In this document: positions 48,119 to 57,617 of the stretch, one piece after another
Numbering within the stretch: the first letter of the stretch is position 1
Layout: every line of letters starts with the position of its first letter
Assembly (NCBI GenBank): GCA_036562445.1
Contig: DATCKE010000029.1
Span: 11,240-75,239, forward strand
Origin: Clostridia bacterium
GTDB taxonomy: Bacteria; Bacillota; Clostridia; Christensenellales; DUVY01
Direction: 5' to 3'
Length of the DNA: 64,000 bases
The notes under the pieces: model-generated
Databases searched by the model: none
What the model was told of the DNA's origin: nothing
The model's input: the letters and a program-made list of their open reading frames with translations, nothing else
Program-made: the position numbers and the translations under genes

Positions 48119-50749
48119 TTATTTTCTAGGGTTCTTGATGTTGGCTTGAGCCGCGGCCAATCTAGCGATAGGAACTCTGTAAGGCGAGCAGGATACATAG
48201 GTGAGTCCTACGTTGTGGCAGAATTCTATCGTGGAAGGATCGCCGCCGTGTTCGCCGCAGATGCCAAGCTTGATGTCGGGACGAACGGATTTACCCTTTT
48301 CAACAGCCATCTTAACGAGCTGGCCTACGCCTTCGGTGTCGAGCTTAGCGAAAGGATCGGACTCGAATATCTTCTTGTTGTAGTAGTCTTCAAGGAACTT
48401 GCCGGCGTCGTCTCTGCTGAAGCCGTAGGTCATTTGGGTTAAGTCGTTGGTTCCGAACGAGAAGAATTCGGCGCTCTTTGCGATCTTGTCGGCGGTTAGA
48501 GCAGCTCTAGGAACTTCTATCATCGTTCCGACTAGATACTTAAGCTCTACTCCGCTTTGAGCTATAATTTCGTCCGCGGTCTTGACAACGACGGATTTTA
48601 CATACTCAAGCTCTTTTACGTCGCCTACTAGAGGTATCATAATTTCGGGAACAACGTTGATGCCCTTTTCTTTCTTGACCTCGATAGCAGCCTCGATAAC
48701 CGCTCTGGTTTGCATTTCGGCGATTTCGGGATAGGTTACGCTCAAACGGCATCCTCTGTGTCCCAACATAGGGTTGAATTCGTGCAAGGACTTAACGGTA
48801 GCGTCGAGCTCTTCATAGGTCAAGCCCATTTCTTCCGCCAAAGCCTTGATGTCTTCGGGGTCGTTGGGCAAGAACTCGTGCAGAGGAGGATCCAAGAATC
48901 TGATAGTAGCGGGACGACCTTCAAGCGCTTCGTAGATGCCTTTGAAGTCTTTCTTTTGCATAGGCAATAGTTTAGCGAGCGCTTTTCTTCTAGCTTCTTC
49001 GGTCTTAGCCACAATCATTTCGCGCATAGCGGGTATGCGGTCATAGTCAAAGAACATATGCTCTGTTCTAGCCAGACCAATGCCTTGAGCGCCAAACTTA
49101 ACGGCTTGAGCCGCATCGGTAGGATTGTCGGCGTTAGCGCGAACTTGCAACGCGCGGTATTTGTCAGCCCATTCCATAATGGTGGCAAAGTCGCCTGTTA
49201 CGGAAGCGGGCTCGGTAGGTATAGCTTCGCCGTAAACATAACCGGTGCTGCCGTCCAGCGAAATAGGATCGCCTTCCTTGTATACTTGACCGTTTACGGT
49301 AAATATCTTCTTTTCTTCGTCAACCTTGATATCGCTGCAGCCGGCAACGCAGCAAGTGCCCATACCGCGAGCGACAACGGCCGCGTGGGAGGTCATACCG
49401 CCTCTTGCTGTCAGGATACCTTCGGAAGCATACATACCCTCGATGTCTTCGGGGCTGGTCTCAAGTCTTACCAAAACGACTTTCTTGCCGGCGTTTTTCC
49501 AAGCTACGGCGTCTTCGGCGGTAAATACTACAGCGCCGCTGGCCGCGCCGGGAGAAGCGGGCAAGCCCTTAGCGATGGGTTTAGCTTTCTTTAGAGCGTT
49601 AGGCTCAAATTGAGGGTGCAACAATGCGTCTAATTGCTTAGGATCAATCTTCAACAAAGCTTCTTGCTCGGTGATTAGCCCTTCTTTTACAAGGTCTACG
49701 GCAATCTTTAGAGCGGCTTTTGCCGTTCTCTTGCCGTTACGAGTTTGAAGCATATAGAGTTTGCCGCGCTCGATAGTGAATTCCATATCCTGCATATCTT
49801 TGTAGTGGTTTTCGAGCTTTTTAGCGATTTCAGCAAACTGCTTGTAAATAGCGGGGTTTTGTTCAGCCAATGTATCGATGGATTGAGGGGTGCGGATACC
49901 CGCTACGACGTCTTCGCCTTGAGCGTTCATTAGGTATTCGCCGTAAAGTTTGTTTTCGCCGGTAGAAGGGTTACGAGTGAACGCAACGCCTGTGCCGCTG
50001 TCCTCGCCCATATTGCCGAATACCATCGCTTGAACGTTAACAGCGGTGCCCCACCAGCTGGGTATGTCGTTTAGACGACGATATACGATAGCTCTGGGGT
50101 TCTCCCAAGATCTAAATACCGCTTTGACTGCCTCGATTAATTGAGCGGTGGGATCTTGAGGGAAGTCGGAGCCGATGCCTTCTTTATATAATTTCTTGAA
50201 CAATGCTACGATTTCTTTTAGGTCTTCAGCGGTTAGGTCGGTGTCTTGTTTGTAGCCTTTCTTTTCTTTGATTTCGTCCAAAATGCGTTCGAACTTAGAT
50301 TTCTCTAAGCCCATAACGACGTCGGAGAACATTTGGATAAATCTGCGGTAAGAGTCGTAAGCGAATCTTTCGTTGTTGGTCAATTTAGCAAGACCAATTA
50401 CGGTTTCGTCGTTTAGACCTAGGTTAAGGATGGTGTCCATCATACCAGGCATAGACGCGCGAGCGCCGCTTCTTACCGATACCAACAAGGGGTTATTGAC
50501 GTCGCCGAACTTTTTGCCTTCGATTTTTTCAAGTTCTTTTAACGCGGCAAAAATCTGTTCTTTGATTTCGTCAGCGATAACCTGACCGTCTTCGTAATAT
50601 TTGGTGCACGCTTCGGTCGTTACCGTAAAGCCTTGGGGAACGGGCAAGCCTAAGTTGGTCATTTCGGCCAAGTTCGCGCCCTTGCCGCCCAAGAGTTCTC
50701 TCATTGAGCCGTTGCCTTCTTTAAAAAGGTAAACATACTTATGTGCCAT
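48119..50749 (-). CDS. ppdK: Pyruvate, phosphate dikinase
   Basis: 876 aa. Phospho-His motif GGMTSHAAVVARG and C-terminal ICGEHGGDP. Confidence 0.95.
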   Translation of the reverse strand: MAHKYVYLFKEGNGSMRELLGGKGANLAEMTNLGLPVPQGFTVTTEACTKYYEDGQVIADEIKEQIFAALKELEKIEGKKFGDVNNPLLVSVRSGARASMPGMMDTILNLGLNDETVIGLAKLTNNERFAYDSYRRFIQMFSDVVMGLEKSKFERILDEIKEKKGYKQDTDLTAEDLKEIVALFKKLYKEGIGSDFPQDPTAQLIEAVKAVFRSWENPRAIVYRRLNDIPSWWGTAVNVQAMVFGNMGEDSGTGVAFTRNPSTGENKLYGEYLMNAQGEDVVAGIRTPQSIDTLAEQNPAIYKQFAEIAKKLENHYKDMQDMEFTIERGKLYMLQTRNGKRTAKAALKIAVDLVKEGLITEQEALLKIDPKQLDALLHPQFEPNALKKAKPIAKGLPASPGAASGAVVFTAEDAVAWKNAGKKVVLVRLETSPEDIEGMYASEGILTARGGMTSHAAVVARGMGTCCVAGCSDIKVDEEKKIFTVNGQVYKEGDPISLDGSTGYVYGEAIPTEPASVTGDFATIMEWADKYRALQVRANADNPTDAAQAVKFGAQGIGLARTEHMFFDYDRIPAMREMIVAKTEEARRKALAKLLPMQKKDFKGIYEALEGRPATIRFLDPPLHEFLPNDPEDIKALAEEMGLTYEELDATVKSLHEFNPMLGHRGCRLSVTYPEIAEMQTRAVIEAAIEVKKEKGINVVPEIMIPLVGDVKELEYVKSVVVKTADEIIAQSGVELKYLVGTMIEVPRAALTADKIAKSAEFFSFGTNDLTQMTYGFSRDDAGKFLEDYYNKKIFESDPFAKLDTEGVGQLVKMAVEKGKSVRPDIKLGICGEHGGDPSTIEFCHNVGLTYVSCSPYRVPIARLAAAQANIKNPRK

Positions 50750-50843
50750 TTTATCTCCTTCCTTTAGTTATAGCGTTAAAATTTCCGTATACATTTTAGC
50801 AAATTTTGCCTATATTAGCCAAATGATTTTGGCTCTTTATTTC

Positions 50844-52937
50844 TTATTCGGAGAGCTTTTTGACCAGTTTAAGCTCAATTCTACCCTTTTCGTTGTCTAT
50901 CTTTATGACTTCGACTATTACTTCGTCGCCTACGTTTACAACGTCGGTTATCTTCTTGACACGGTGAGGCGCTAGCTTGCTGATGTGAATCATACCCTCT
51001 TTGCCGGGCGCGATTTCCACGATCGCGCCAAAGTCTAATACGCGCGTTACATAGCATTGATATTGGAAGCCGACTTCGGGCTCTTCGGTAATAGCCAAAA
51101 TCTTGTTCTTGGCTAGTTCGGCTAAGCTTAGGTCGGTGGACGCAACCATAACCTTGCCTTCTTCGGTTATGTCAATCTTGACGCCCGTTTCGTCTATAAT
51201 TTTATTGATGACCTTGCCGCCTTTGCCTATAACGTCGCCAATCTTATCGGGCGAAATCTCGAAGGTGATAATCTTAGGCGCGTATTTGGACAATTGAGGT
51301 CTAGGCGCGGGCAAGACTTCAAGCATCTTTTGCAAGATGTGCAGTCTGCCTACTCTAGCCTGCTCTAGGGCTCTTTCTAGAATATCTTTGTCAATGCCCT
51401 TAATCTTAATATCCATTTGGATAGCGGTAATGCCTTGAGCTGTTCCCGCCACCTTAAAGTCCATATCGCCTAGGAAGTCTTCCAAGCCTTGGATGTCGGA
51501 CAAGATAGCCACTCTGTTGGTAGCCTCGTCCTTAATAAGTCCCATAGCGATACCTGCTACGGGCGCTTTAATCGGAACGCCAGCGTCCATTAACGCCAAG
51601 CACGAGCCGCAAACGCTGGCTTGGGAAGTGGAACCGTTTGAGCTTAGGATTTCGCTGACCGTTCTGATAGCGTAAGGGAATTCGTCTTCGGAAGGCAGCA
51701 CCGCTTCAAGCGCTCTTTCCGCCAACGCGCCGTGGCCTATTTCTCTGCGGCTAGGGCCTCTTAAGGGCTTAGCTTCGCCCGTGCAGTAAGGCGGAAAGTT
51801 GTAATGGTGCATATATCTCTTGAAGCTTTCTTCGTCCAAGCCTTCTAATTTTTGAACGTCGCTTATAGTGCCTAGTGTAGCCGTGGAGAGCGCTTGGGTT
51901 TGACCTCTAGTGAATACCGCGCTGCCGTGAACTCTAGGCAAAATTGAAGTTTCGCACCAGATAGGCCTGATTTCGTCCGGCTTTCTGCCGTCAGGTCTGA
52001 TGCCGTGGTCTAGGATTTTGGCTCTGACCTTTTCTTTGGTCATCTTATACAAGACGTCGCCTATCTCGCGGGCCTTGTCGGGGAATATATCCTTAAAATG
52101 TTCCAAAACGTCGGCTTTTACGCGGTCTTCGTTGGCTTGTCTTGTGGCTCTGTCAAAGGTGTCCAAAGCCTCGTCCAACATCTTGTCCGCGTATTCTCTA
52201 ACCGCTTGATTGATTTCTTCGGGGATTGTGTAATAAGGAACTTCTTTTTTGGGTTTGCCGACTTGTTTTACGATGTCTTCTATAAACGCTACTATTTTTT
52301 TGATTTCCTCGTGGGCGAACATTATGCCGTCAATCATAATCTTTTCGCTGACTTGGTTTGCGCCCGCCTCGACCATCATTATAGCGTCTTTTGTGCCGCT
52401 GACATAAACGTGCATTAAAGATTTGGAGCGCTGTTCGGTGTCGGGGTTGATGACGTATTGTCCGTCCACATAGCCTACCACTACGGAACCGGTAGGCCCT
52501 AAGAAAGGAATGTCCGAAATGGACAACGCGATGGATGAGCCTATCATCGCGAACACTTCGGGCGGGATGTTGGTGTCTACGGACAAGGCCGTGCACACTA
52601 CCGCCACGTCGTTAAAAAAGCCTTCGGGGAAGAGCGGTCTTATAGGTCTGTCTATAAGCCTGCTGGTCAATATCGCTTTGTCGCTTGCTCTTCCTTCGCG
52701 CTTTTTAAAGCCGCCGGGGATTTTGCCGACGGCGTACATTTTTTCCTCAAAGTCAACGCCCAAGGGGAAGAAATCTATGCCTTCTCTGGGCTCGGGCGAC
52801 ATTGTTACGTTTGTCAAAACCACGGTGTCGCCGCATCTGACGACGCAAGAACCGTTGGCTTGCTCGGCGTATTTGCCTGTTTCTACTATTACCTCTCTGC
52901 CGCCTACCTCTGTTTTAAATACGTGTCCTAATTGCAT
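50844..52937 (-). CDS. pnp: Polyribonucleotide nucleotidyltransferase (PNPase)
   Basis: 697 aa. Two RNase PH domains, a KH domain ([10 protein letters not shown]) and a C-terminal S1 domain. Confidence 0.95.
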   Translation of the reverse strand: MQLGHVFKTEVGGREVIVETGKYAEQANGSCVVRCGDTVVLTNVTMSPEPREGIDFFPLGVDFEEKMYAVGKIPGGFKKREGRASDKAILTSRLIDRPIRPLFPEGFFNDVAVVCTALSVDTNIPPEVFAMIGSSIALSISDIPFLGPTGSVVVGYVDGQYVINPDTEQRSKSLMHVYVSGTKDAIMMVEAGANQVSEKIMIDGIMFAHEEIKKIVAFIEDIVKQVGKPKKEVPYYTIPEEINQAVREYADKMLDEALDTFDRATRQANEDRVKADVLEHFKDIFPDKAREIGDVLYKMTKEKVRAKILDHGIRPDGRKPDEIRPIWCETSILPRVHGSAVFTRGQTQALSTATLGTISDVQKLEGLDEESFKRYMHHYNFPPYCTGEAKPLRGPSRREIGHGALAERALEAVLPSEDEFPYAIRTVSEILSSNGSTSQASVCGSCLALMDAGVPIKAPVAGIAMGLIKDEATNRVAILSDIQGLEDFLGDMDFKVAGTAQGITAIQMDIKIKGIDKDILERALEQARVGRLHILQKMLEVLPAPRPQLSKYAPKIITFEISPDKIGDVIGKGGKVINKIIDETGVKIDITEEGKVMVASTDLSLAELAKNKILAITEEPEVGFQYQCYVTRVLDFGAIVEIAPGKEGMIHISKLAPHRVKKITDVVNVGDEVIVEVIKIDNEKGRIELKLVKKLSE

Positions 52938-52950
52938 ATTCTACTGCTAA

Positions 52951-52984
52951 TCCTCCAAAAATAAGGGCGAAAAACCGCCCTTAT
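52951..52984 (-). terminator. rpsO terminator / pnp leader hairpin
   Basis: ATAAGGGCG-GTTTTT-CGCCCTTAT followed by TTTTTGGAGG on the minus strand. The T-run abuts the only GGAGG upstream of pnp. Confidence 0.6.
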
Positions 52985-52990
52985 AAACAA

Positions 52991-53254
52991 TTATTTTCTG
53001 ATATCTAGTTTTTCTATAATCTCTCTGTAACGATTGATGTCTACTTTCTTGAGATAGTTAAGAAGCTGTCTTCTCTGGCCGACCATTTGCAATAGTCCGC
53101 GTCTAGAATGGAAGTCTTTTTTGTGAACGTTTAGGTGTTCGTTGAGATGGTTGATTCTGTGAGTTAATAAAGCGATTTGAACTTCGGGCGAGCCGGTGTC
53201 GCCTTCTTTGCGCGCGAATTGCGCAATGATTTGTTGTTTGGTTTGCTTATCCAT
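52991..53254 (-). CDS. rpsO: 30S ribosomal protein S15
   Basis: 87 aa. Motifs [14 protein letters not shown] and [12 protein letters not shown]. Confidence 0.95.
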   Translation of the reverse strand: MDKQTKQQIIAQFARKEGDTGSPEVQIALLTHRINHLNEHLNVHKKDFHSRRGLLQMVGQRRQLLNYLKKVDINRYREIIEKLDIRK

Positions 53255-53341
53255 TTTTTAACCTCCAAGGATATTAAAATAAGCCAAAAACCTAGTATAG
53301 CGCGGAGTAAGCCGCTAAACCAAGTTTTGGGTATCTGCTTT

Positions 53342-53370
53342 AGTATAGCATACCAGTTTTAAGATGTAAA
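53342..53370 (-). promoter_or_regulatory. Sigma-A-type promoter for rpsO
   Basis: On the minus strand: TTTACA, 17-nt spacer, TATACT. This leaves a leader of about 85 nt. Confidence 0.5.
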
Positions 53371-53422
53371 TTAAATAATTCGGTTTTATCGCTCCAAAAC
53401 CTTGGCTTAATTATATTGTTGT

Positions 53423-54829
53423 CTATTTTTTATCAAAAAATAACTCTTTGTGTCTAGACAACATCTCGTCAAAGCGAGCGATGTAGTCCTCGATGAATTT
53501 GACGTTGGCGCTGCGCTCTATCCTGCCGCCTCCCATTATCCGTTTGCTGATAGCGCCCGCCCCGCAAGCTATGACTGAAACGCTTTCTTCCATAGTGTCT
53601 ATATTATTAATACACTGCGTTCCTAGTTTGCAATAACCTGCGTTCTCTAGGTTGCCTATCATATTTTTTTGGCGGTATAGGTAATAGGGCTGGTATCCCG
53701 CCTTGGTTAACTCGTCGAACGCGTAATCGGTCATTTTTACGGTGTCGGAAAAATAATCTACTTGCCGCTGCTTTAAAACAGAGCCGCTTTTTAGGCTGAG
53801 GGTATGCACCGTAATGTTGTCGGGAGAAAGTTCCAATGTTTTTTGGATGGTGTCTCGAAAACTAGGGTAATTGTCCCCCGGCAAACCAGCTATCAAGTCC
53901 ATATTTATAATAAAATCGTAATCTCGCGCCAAGTCATAAGCGCCGTAAATATCGCCAACGAGATGACCTCTGCCTATGTTGTTTAGGACTTCTTGGTTAA
54001 AGGTTTGGGGGTTGACGCTGATGCGGGTGACATTATGTTTTTTTAGCAAATCTAATTTTTCCTTGGTTATGCTGTCAGGTCTGCCCGCCTCTACGGTAAA
54101 CTCTAGGGTGTCCTTAGGAAGCGCGGACAAAATCTTGTCCAATTGCTCTATTTTAATAGAAGTGGGCGTGCCGCCGCCTACATAAACTGAGCGGATGTAG
54201 AGGTTTTGAGATTTTATTAAATCCAAGCAATAATTAATTTCTTGGCTTACTAGCTCGCTGTATTTGTCCAAGAGATGCTCGCATTTTTTTAGCTCGGAAG
54301 AAATAAAAGAGCAATAACTGCACCTAGTGGCGCATACGGGTATGTTTACGTATAAATTGACAGCTTTTTCGTCTTTTTTATATATCCCTTTTTGGGCTTC
54401 AATTATCTGGGTTAAGAGCTTAAGTTTTTTGGGCGATATGTCAAAAGTCTTTCGCAGCTCCTGCTTTACGCGGTCTTGGGGAACGCCGTTTTCCAATAAC
54501 TCGTAGGCTAGCTTTGTGGGGCGAATGCCGGTTAGACTGCCCCAAGGCATAGACTGGCCCGTCGTTTGCTTTAGGGCCTTATATAAAGAATGCTTGGAGA
54601 AGCGCTTTAGGTATTTAAAATACTCCAAAGAGCCTTTTTTATAAGAAAAAGGCGCGCGGTCAAAAAACTCTTGACCGTCGATTATTATATGACTTTTTAC
54701 CTCTTGGTTCTCAAAGGAAACATTCTGGTCTATAGAAATTTCGAATTGACCGCGTTTGTAATCCCTATAAAACAGTCTTATTATGTCTTCGTTTTCGGGC
54801 AATAGCTCGGGAATGTTGATATTATACAT
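53423..54829 (-). CDS. Radical SAM enzyme, HemN/HemZ-like (coproporphyrinogen dehydrogenase family)
   Basis: 468 aa. CATRCSYC radical SAM cluster motif. The true substrate is uncertain for this family. Confidence 0.75.
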   Translation of the reverse strand: MYNINIPELLPENEDIIRLFYRDYKRGQFEISIDQNVSFENQEVKSHIIIDGQEFFDRAPFSYKKGSLEYFKYLKRFSKHSLYKALKQTTGQSMPWGSLTGIRPTKLAYELLENGVPQDRVKQELRKTFDISPKKLKLLTQIIEAQKGIYKKDEKAVNLYVNIPVCATRCSYCSFISSELKKCEHLLDKYSELVSQEINYCLDLIKSQNLYIRSVYVGGGTPTSIKIEQLDKILSALPKDTLEFTVEAGRPDSITKEKLDLLKKHNVTRISVNPQTFNQEVLNNIGRGHLVGDIYGAYDLARDYDFIINMDLIAGLPGDNYPSFRDTIQKTLELSPDNITVHTLSLKSGSVLKQRQVDYFSDTVKMTDYAFDELTKAGYQPYYLYRQKNMIGNLENAGYCKLGTQCINNIDTMEESVSVIACGAGAISKRIMGGGRIERSANVKFIEDYIARFDEMLSRHKELFFDKK

Positions 54830-55430
54830 AAGGGTTGTTTTCTTGCTCGTATCTTAATGTGGTGGGTTCGCCGTGGCCGGGATAGACCTTGTAATCGCCT
54901 TGAAGCTCGTATAATCTTTTTATGGATTTGATTATCCGCTCGTAGCTTCCGCCCTCTAAGTCCGTTCTGCCGATGTCTTCTCTAAACAATGTGTCACCTG
55001 AAAAGATGCAATCGCCTATGACATAGCAAACCGAGCCTTGCGTGTGTCCCGGAGTATGGATTACTTGGACTTTTATATCCCCAAAATCCAAGGTTTCCCC
55101 GCCCTCTAAAACGACATCGGGCTTGACGGGGCTGATATCAAAGCCAAATAGGCCGCCTAAATGTTTTTTTGTGTATAACATTTCGGCGTCCAGACGGTGG
55201 ATACAAATAGGCGCCGAGTCCTTAAATAAATGCGCCAAGGCGATATGGTCAAAATGCCCGTGGGTGTATAAAACGGCTTTAAGCGTCAGATTATTCTCGT
55301 TTAAATACTCTTGCGCTTTTTTATAAAACTTCTCGCTTCCGGATGCGTCTATAAGCACAGCGGAATTGTTCTCGCTTACAATATAAAAATTGCTGCCGAC
55401 CAGGTTGGTTACTAAGGTTTTTACTCGCAT
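54822..55430 (-). CDS. MBL-fold metallo-hydrolase
   Basis: 202 aa. HTHGHFDH metal motif. Confidence 0.85.
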   Translation of the reverse strand: MRVKTLVTNLVGSNFYIVSENNSAVLIDASGSEKFYKKAQEYLNENNLTLKAVLYTHGHFDHIALAHLFKDSAPICIHRLDAEMLYTKKHLGGLFGFDISPVKPDVVLEGGETLDFGDIKVQVIHTPGHTQGSVCYVIGDCIFSGDTLFREDIGRTDLEGGSYERIIKSIKRLYELQGDYKVYPGHGEPTTLRYEQENNPYV

Positions 55431-55466
55431 TTTATACCATTATTATATATATAATAATGTCCGCTG

Positions 55467-57617
55467 TTAGTTGGTTATACGGCGGACTTCGTTGACTTCC
55501 TCAAGCTGTTTGAGTTTAGCAAACAGTAAGTCTAAGTCGGATATCTTTTCCACTCTTACGGTAACGTTCATTATAGCTTTGCCCGCTTTGGATATGCGCG
55601 CGTTGATAGCGCCGATAGAAAGTTTTTGCTCGGCGAAGACATTGGACACTTTGGCAAGAAGGCCGGCGTGGTCGTTGGCTATGATTTGGACATTGGCTAG
55701 GAACTTAGACTCGCCGTTGGTCCATTCGACTTCTATTAAGCGCTCTTGCTCCATAGATTTAACGTTGGGACAGGTGTCGCGGTGAACGACTATGCCTCTG
55801 CCCCTAGAGATAAAACCTATGATTTTATCGCCGGGCACGGGCGTGCAGCATTTTGCCATACGCACCAATAAGTCCTTTTGCCCCTTTACAGTTACCGCCT
55901 CGTGATGCTCGCCCACGTCGGTATGGACCTTAAACTCGCGGGCTTGGGTGATTTGCTCTTTTTTATAAAAATCTATTAATTTTACTATTACCTGGCTGGA
56001 GGATATTCCGCCGTAGCCTACCGCCGCGTACATATCCTCTAGAGAGGTCAAGGATAGTTTTTGCATAACAGCGTCCAGCCAAGGCTGTTTAAATAACTGC
56101 GCCGCGGTGTATCCCCTTCTCTTTAGCTCGTTTTCGATAATTTCCTTGCCAAGCTTGATGTTTTCTTCCTTCATCTGCTTTTTGAAGAAAGACCTTATCT
56201 TGGCTTTCGCGGCGGAAGTTTTTACTATCTTAAGCCAGTCGCGGGAAGGGCCTTTTGAGTTCGCGCTGGTAATGATTTCCACATAGTCGCCGGTCTGAAG
56301 CGGGGTGTTGAGCGGAACGATTTTACCGTTTATCTTAGCGCTGACGCACTTGTTGCCTATGTCGGTGTGAACATTATAAGCAAAGTCTATGGGGGTAGAG
56401 CCTTCGGGCAATATCACGACATCGCCCTTAGGGGTAAACACGAAGACCTGACCGCTGTATAGGTCGACCTTGAGAGACTCCAAAAACTCTTTTGAGCTGC
56501 CCAGCTCGCTTTGCATATCCATAACTTCCCTAAGCCAGGCGATTTTTAGGTCGAAGTCGTTGGATTTTCCGCGGTTTTCTTTATACTTCCAGTGCGCGGC
56601 AACGCCGTATTCGGCTATCTTGTGCATTTCGTAAGTGCGGATTTGTATCTCGAACGGCGAGCCGTAGTTGGTCATAACCGTGGTGTGCAAAGATTGATAG
56701 TTGTTGGGTTTGGGAACGGCTATATAGTCCTTAAATCTGCCTGGAACGGGTTTCCAATAGGTGTGGATTTTTCCCAAGACCTCGTAGCAGTCGCTTACGG
56801 TCTTGACTATCACTCTTACCGCGGTTAAATCGTAAATTTGCTCAAAGGTCTTGTGCTGGGTTACCATCTTGCGATAGATGCTGTAAAAGTGCTTAGGTCT
56901 GCCGCTTACTTCGCCTTCGATGTTCAGCTCGTTGAGAATCTCAACCAGCTGTTTGATTATCTTGTTGACCATCTCTTGGCGCTCGGCGCGTTTTAGGCTG
57001 ACCTCTTTTACCAGCTCTTCGTAGACTTCTCTGTGCATTACCTTAAGGCACAAGTCCTCAAGCTCGCATTTTATATACGAAAGCCCCAGCCTGCCGGCCA
57101 AGGGCGCGTAAATTTCCAAGGTTTCTTTGGCTATGGCTTGCTGACGCTCAAAAGGCAAGGCCGAGATAGTGCGCATATTGTGAAGTCTGTCCGCGAGTTT
57201 GATTAAGATTACGCGGATGTCCTTGGCCATAGCGAAAAACATCTTGCGGAAGTTTTCGGCCTGCTCTTCTTCTTTGGATTTGAAGACTATTTTGTCTAGT
57301 TTTGTAACGCCTTTTACCAGCTCGCAGATTTCCGAGCCGAAGTCTTTTTTTAGATTCTCCTCTGTTATAGAAGTGTCTTCCAATACGTCGTGCAGCAAGG
57401 CGGCGCAAATCGTGGCGATATCCATACCCAGGTCGATTAAGATATCGGCCACGCCCATAGGATGGGTAATATAAGGCTCGCCCGACTCGCGCTTTTGGCC
57501 TTCGTGCGCTTGCCAAGCGAAATCCAAGGCCTGTTCCAGCGTCTTGCTCTCCGCCGGATAGTAGTGCCTCATTTTGGATATAAGTTCTTCTCTTTTTTCA
57601 GCGACCTTGTCTGTCAA
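55467..57617 (-). CDS. relA: Bifunctional (p)ppGpp synthetase/hydrolase (RSH)
   Basis: 716 aa. HD hydrolase motif (LLHDVLEDT), synthetase motifs (RPKHFYSIYRKM, EIQIRT), and TGS and ACT domains. Confidence 0.93.
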   Translation of the reverse strand: MTDKVAEKREELISKMRHYYPAESKTLEQALDFAWQAHEGQKRESGEPYITHPMGVADILIDLGMDIATICAALLHDVLEDTSITEENLKKDFGSEICELVKGVTKLDKIVFKSKEEEQAENFRKMFFAMAKDIRVILIKLADRLHNMRTISALPFERQQAIAKETLEIYAPLAGRLGLSYIKCELEDLCLKVMHREVYEELVKEVSLKRAERQEMVNKIIKQLVEILNELNIEGEVSGRPKHFYSIYRKMVTQHKTFEQIYDLTAVRVIVKTVSDCYEVLGKIHTYWKPVPGRFKDYIAVPKPNNYQSLHTTVMTNYGSPFEIQIRTYEMHKIAEYGVAAHWKYKENRGKSNDFDLKIAWLREVMDMQSELGSSKEFLESLKVDLYSGQVFVFTPKGDVVILPEGSTPIDFAYNVHTDIGNKCVSAKINGKIVPLNTPLQTGDYVEIITSANSKGPSRDWLKIVKTSAAKAKIRSFFKKQMKEENIKLGKEIIENELKRRGYTAAQLFKQPWLDAVMQKLSLTSLEDMYAAVGYGGISSSQVIVKLIDFYKKEQITQAREFKVHTDVGEHHEAVTVKGQKDLLVRMAKCCTPVPGDKIIGFISRGRGIVVHRDTCPNVKSMEQERLIEVEWTNGESKFLANVQIIANDHAGLLAKVSNVFAEQKLSIGAINARISKAGKAIMNVTVRVEKISDLDLLFAKLKQLEEVNEVRRITN

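Noticed and set aside
50820-50837. AGCCAAA-TGAT-TTTGGCT hairpin just after the pnp stop, considered as a terminator.
   Set aside because: The stem is only 7 bp and there is no U-run on the minus strand. This is too weak to report as a feature.
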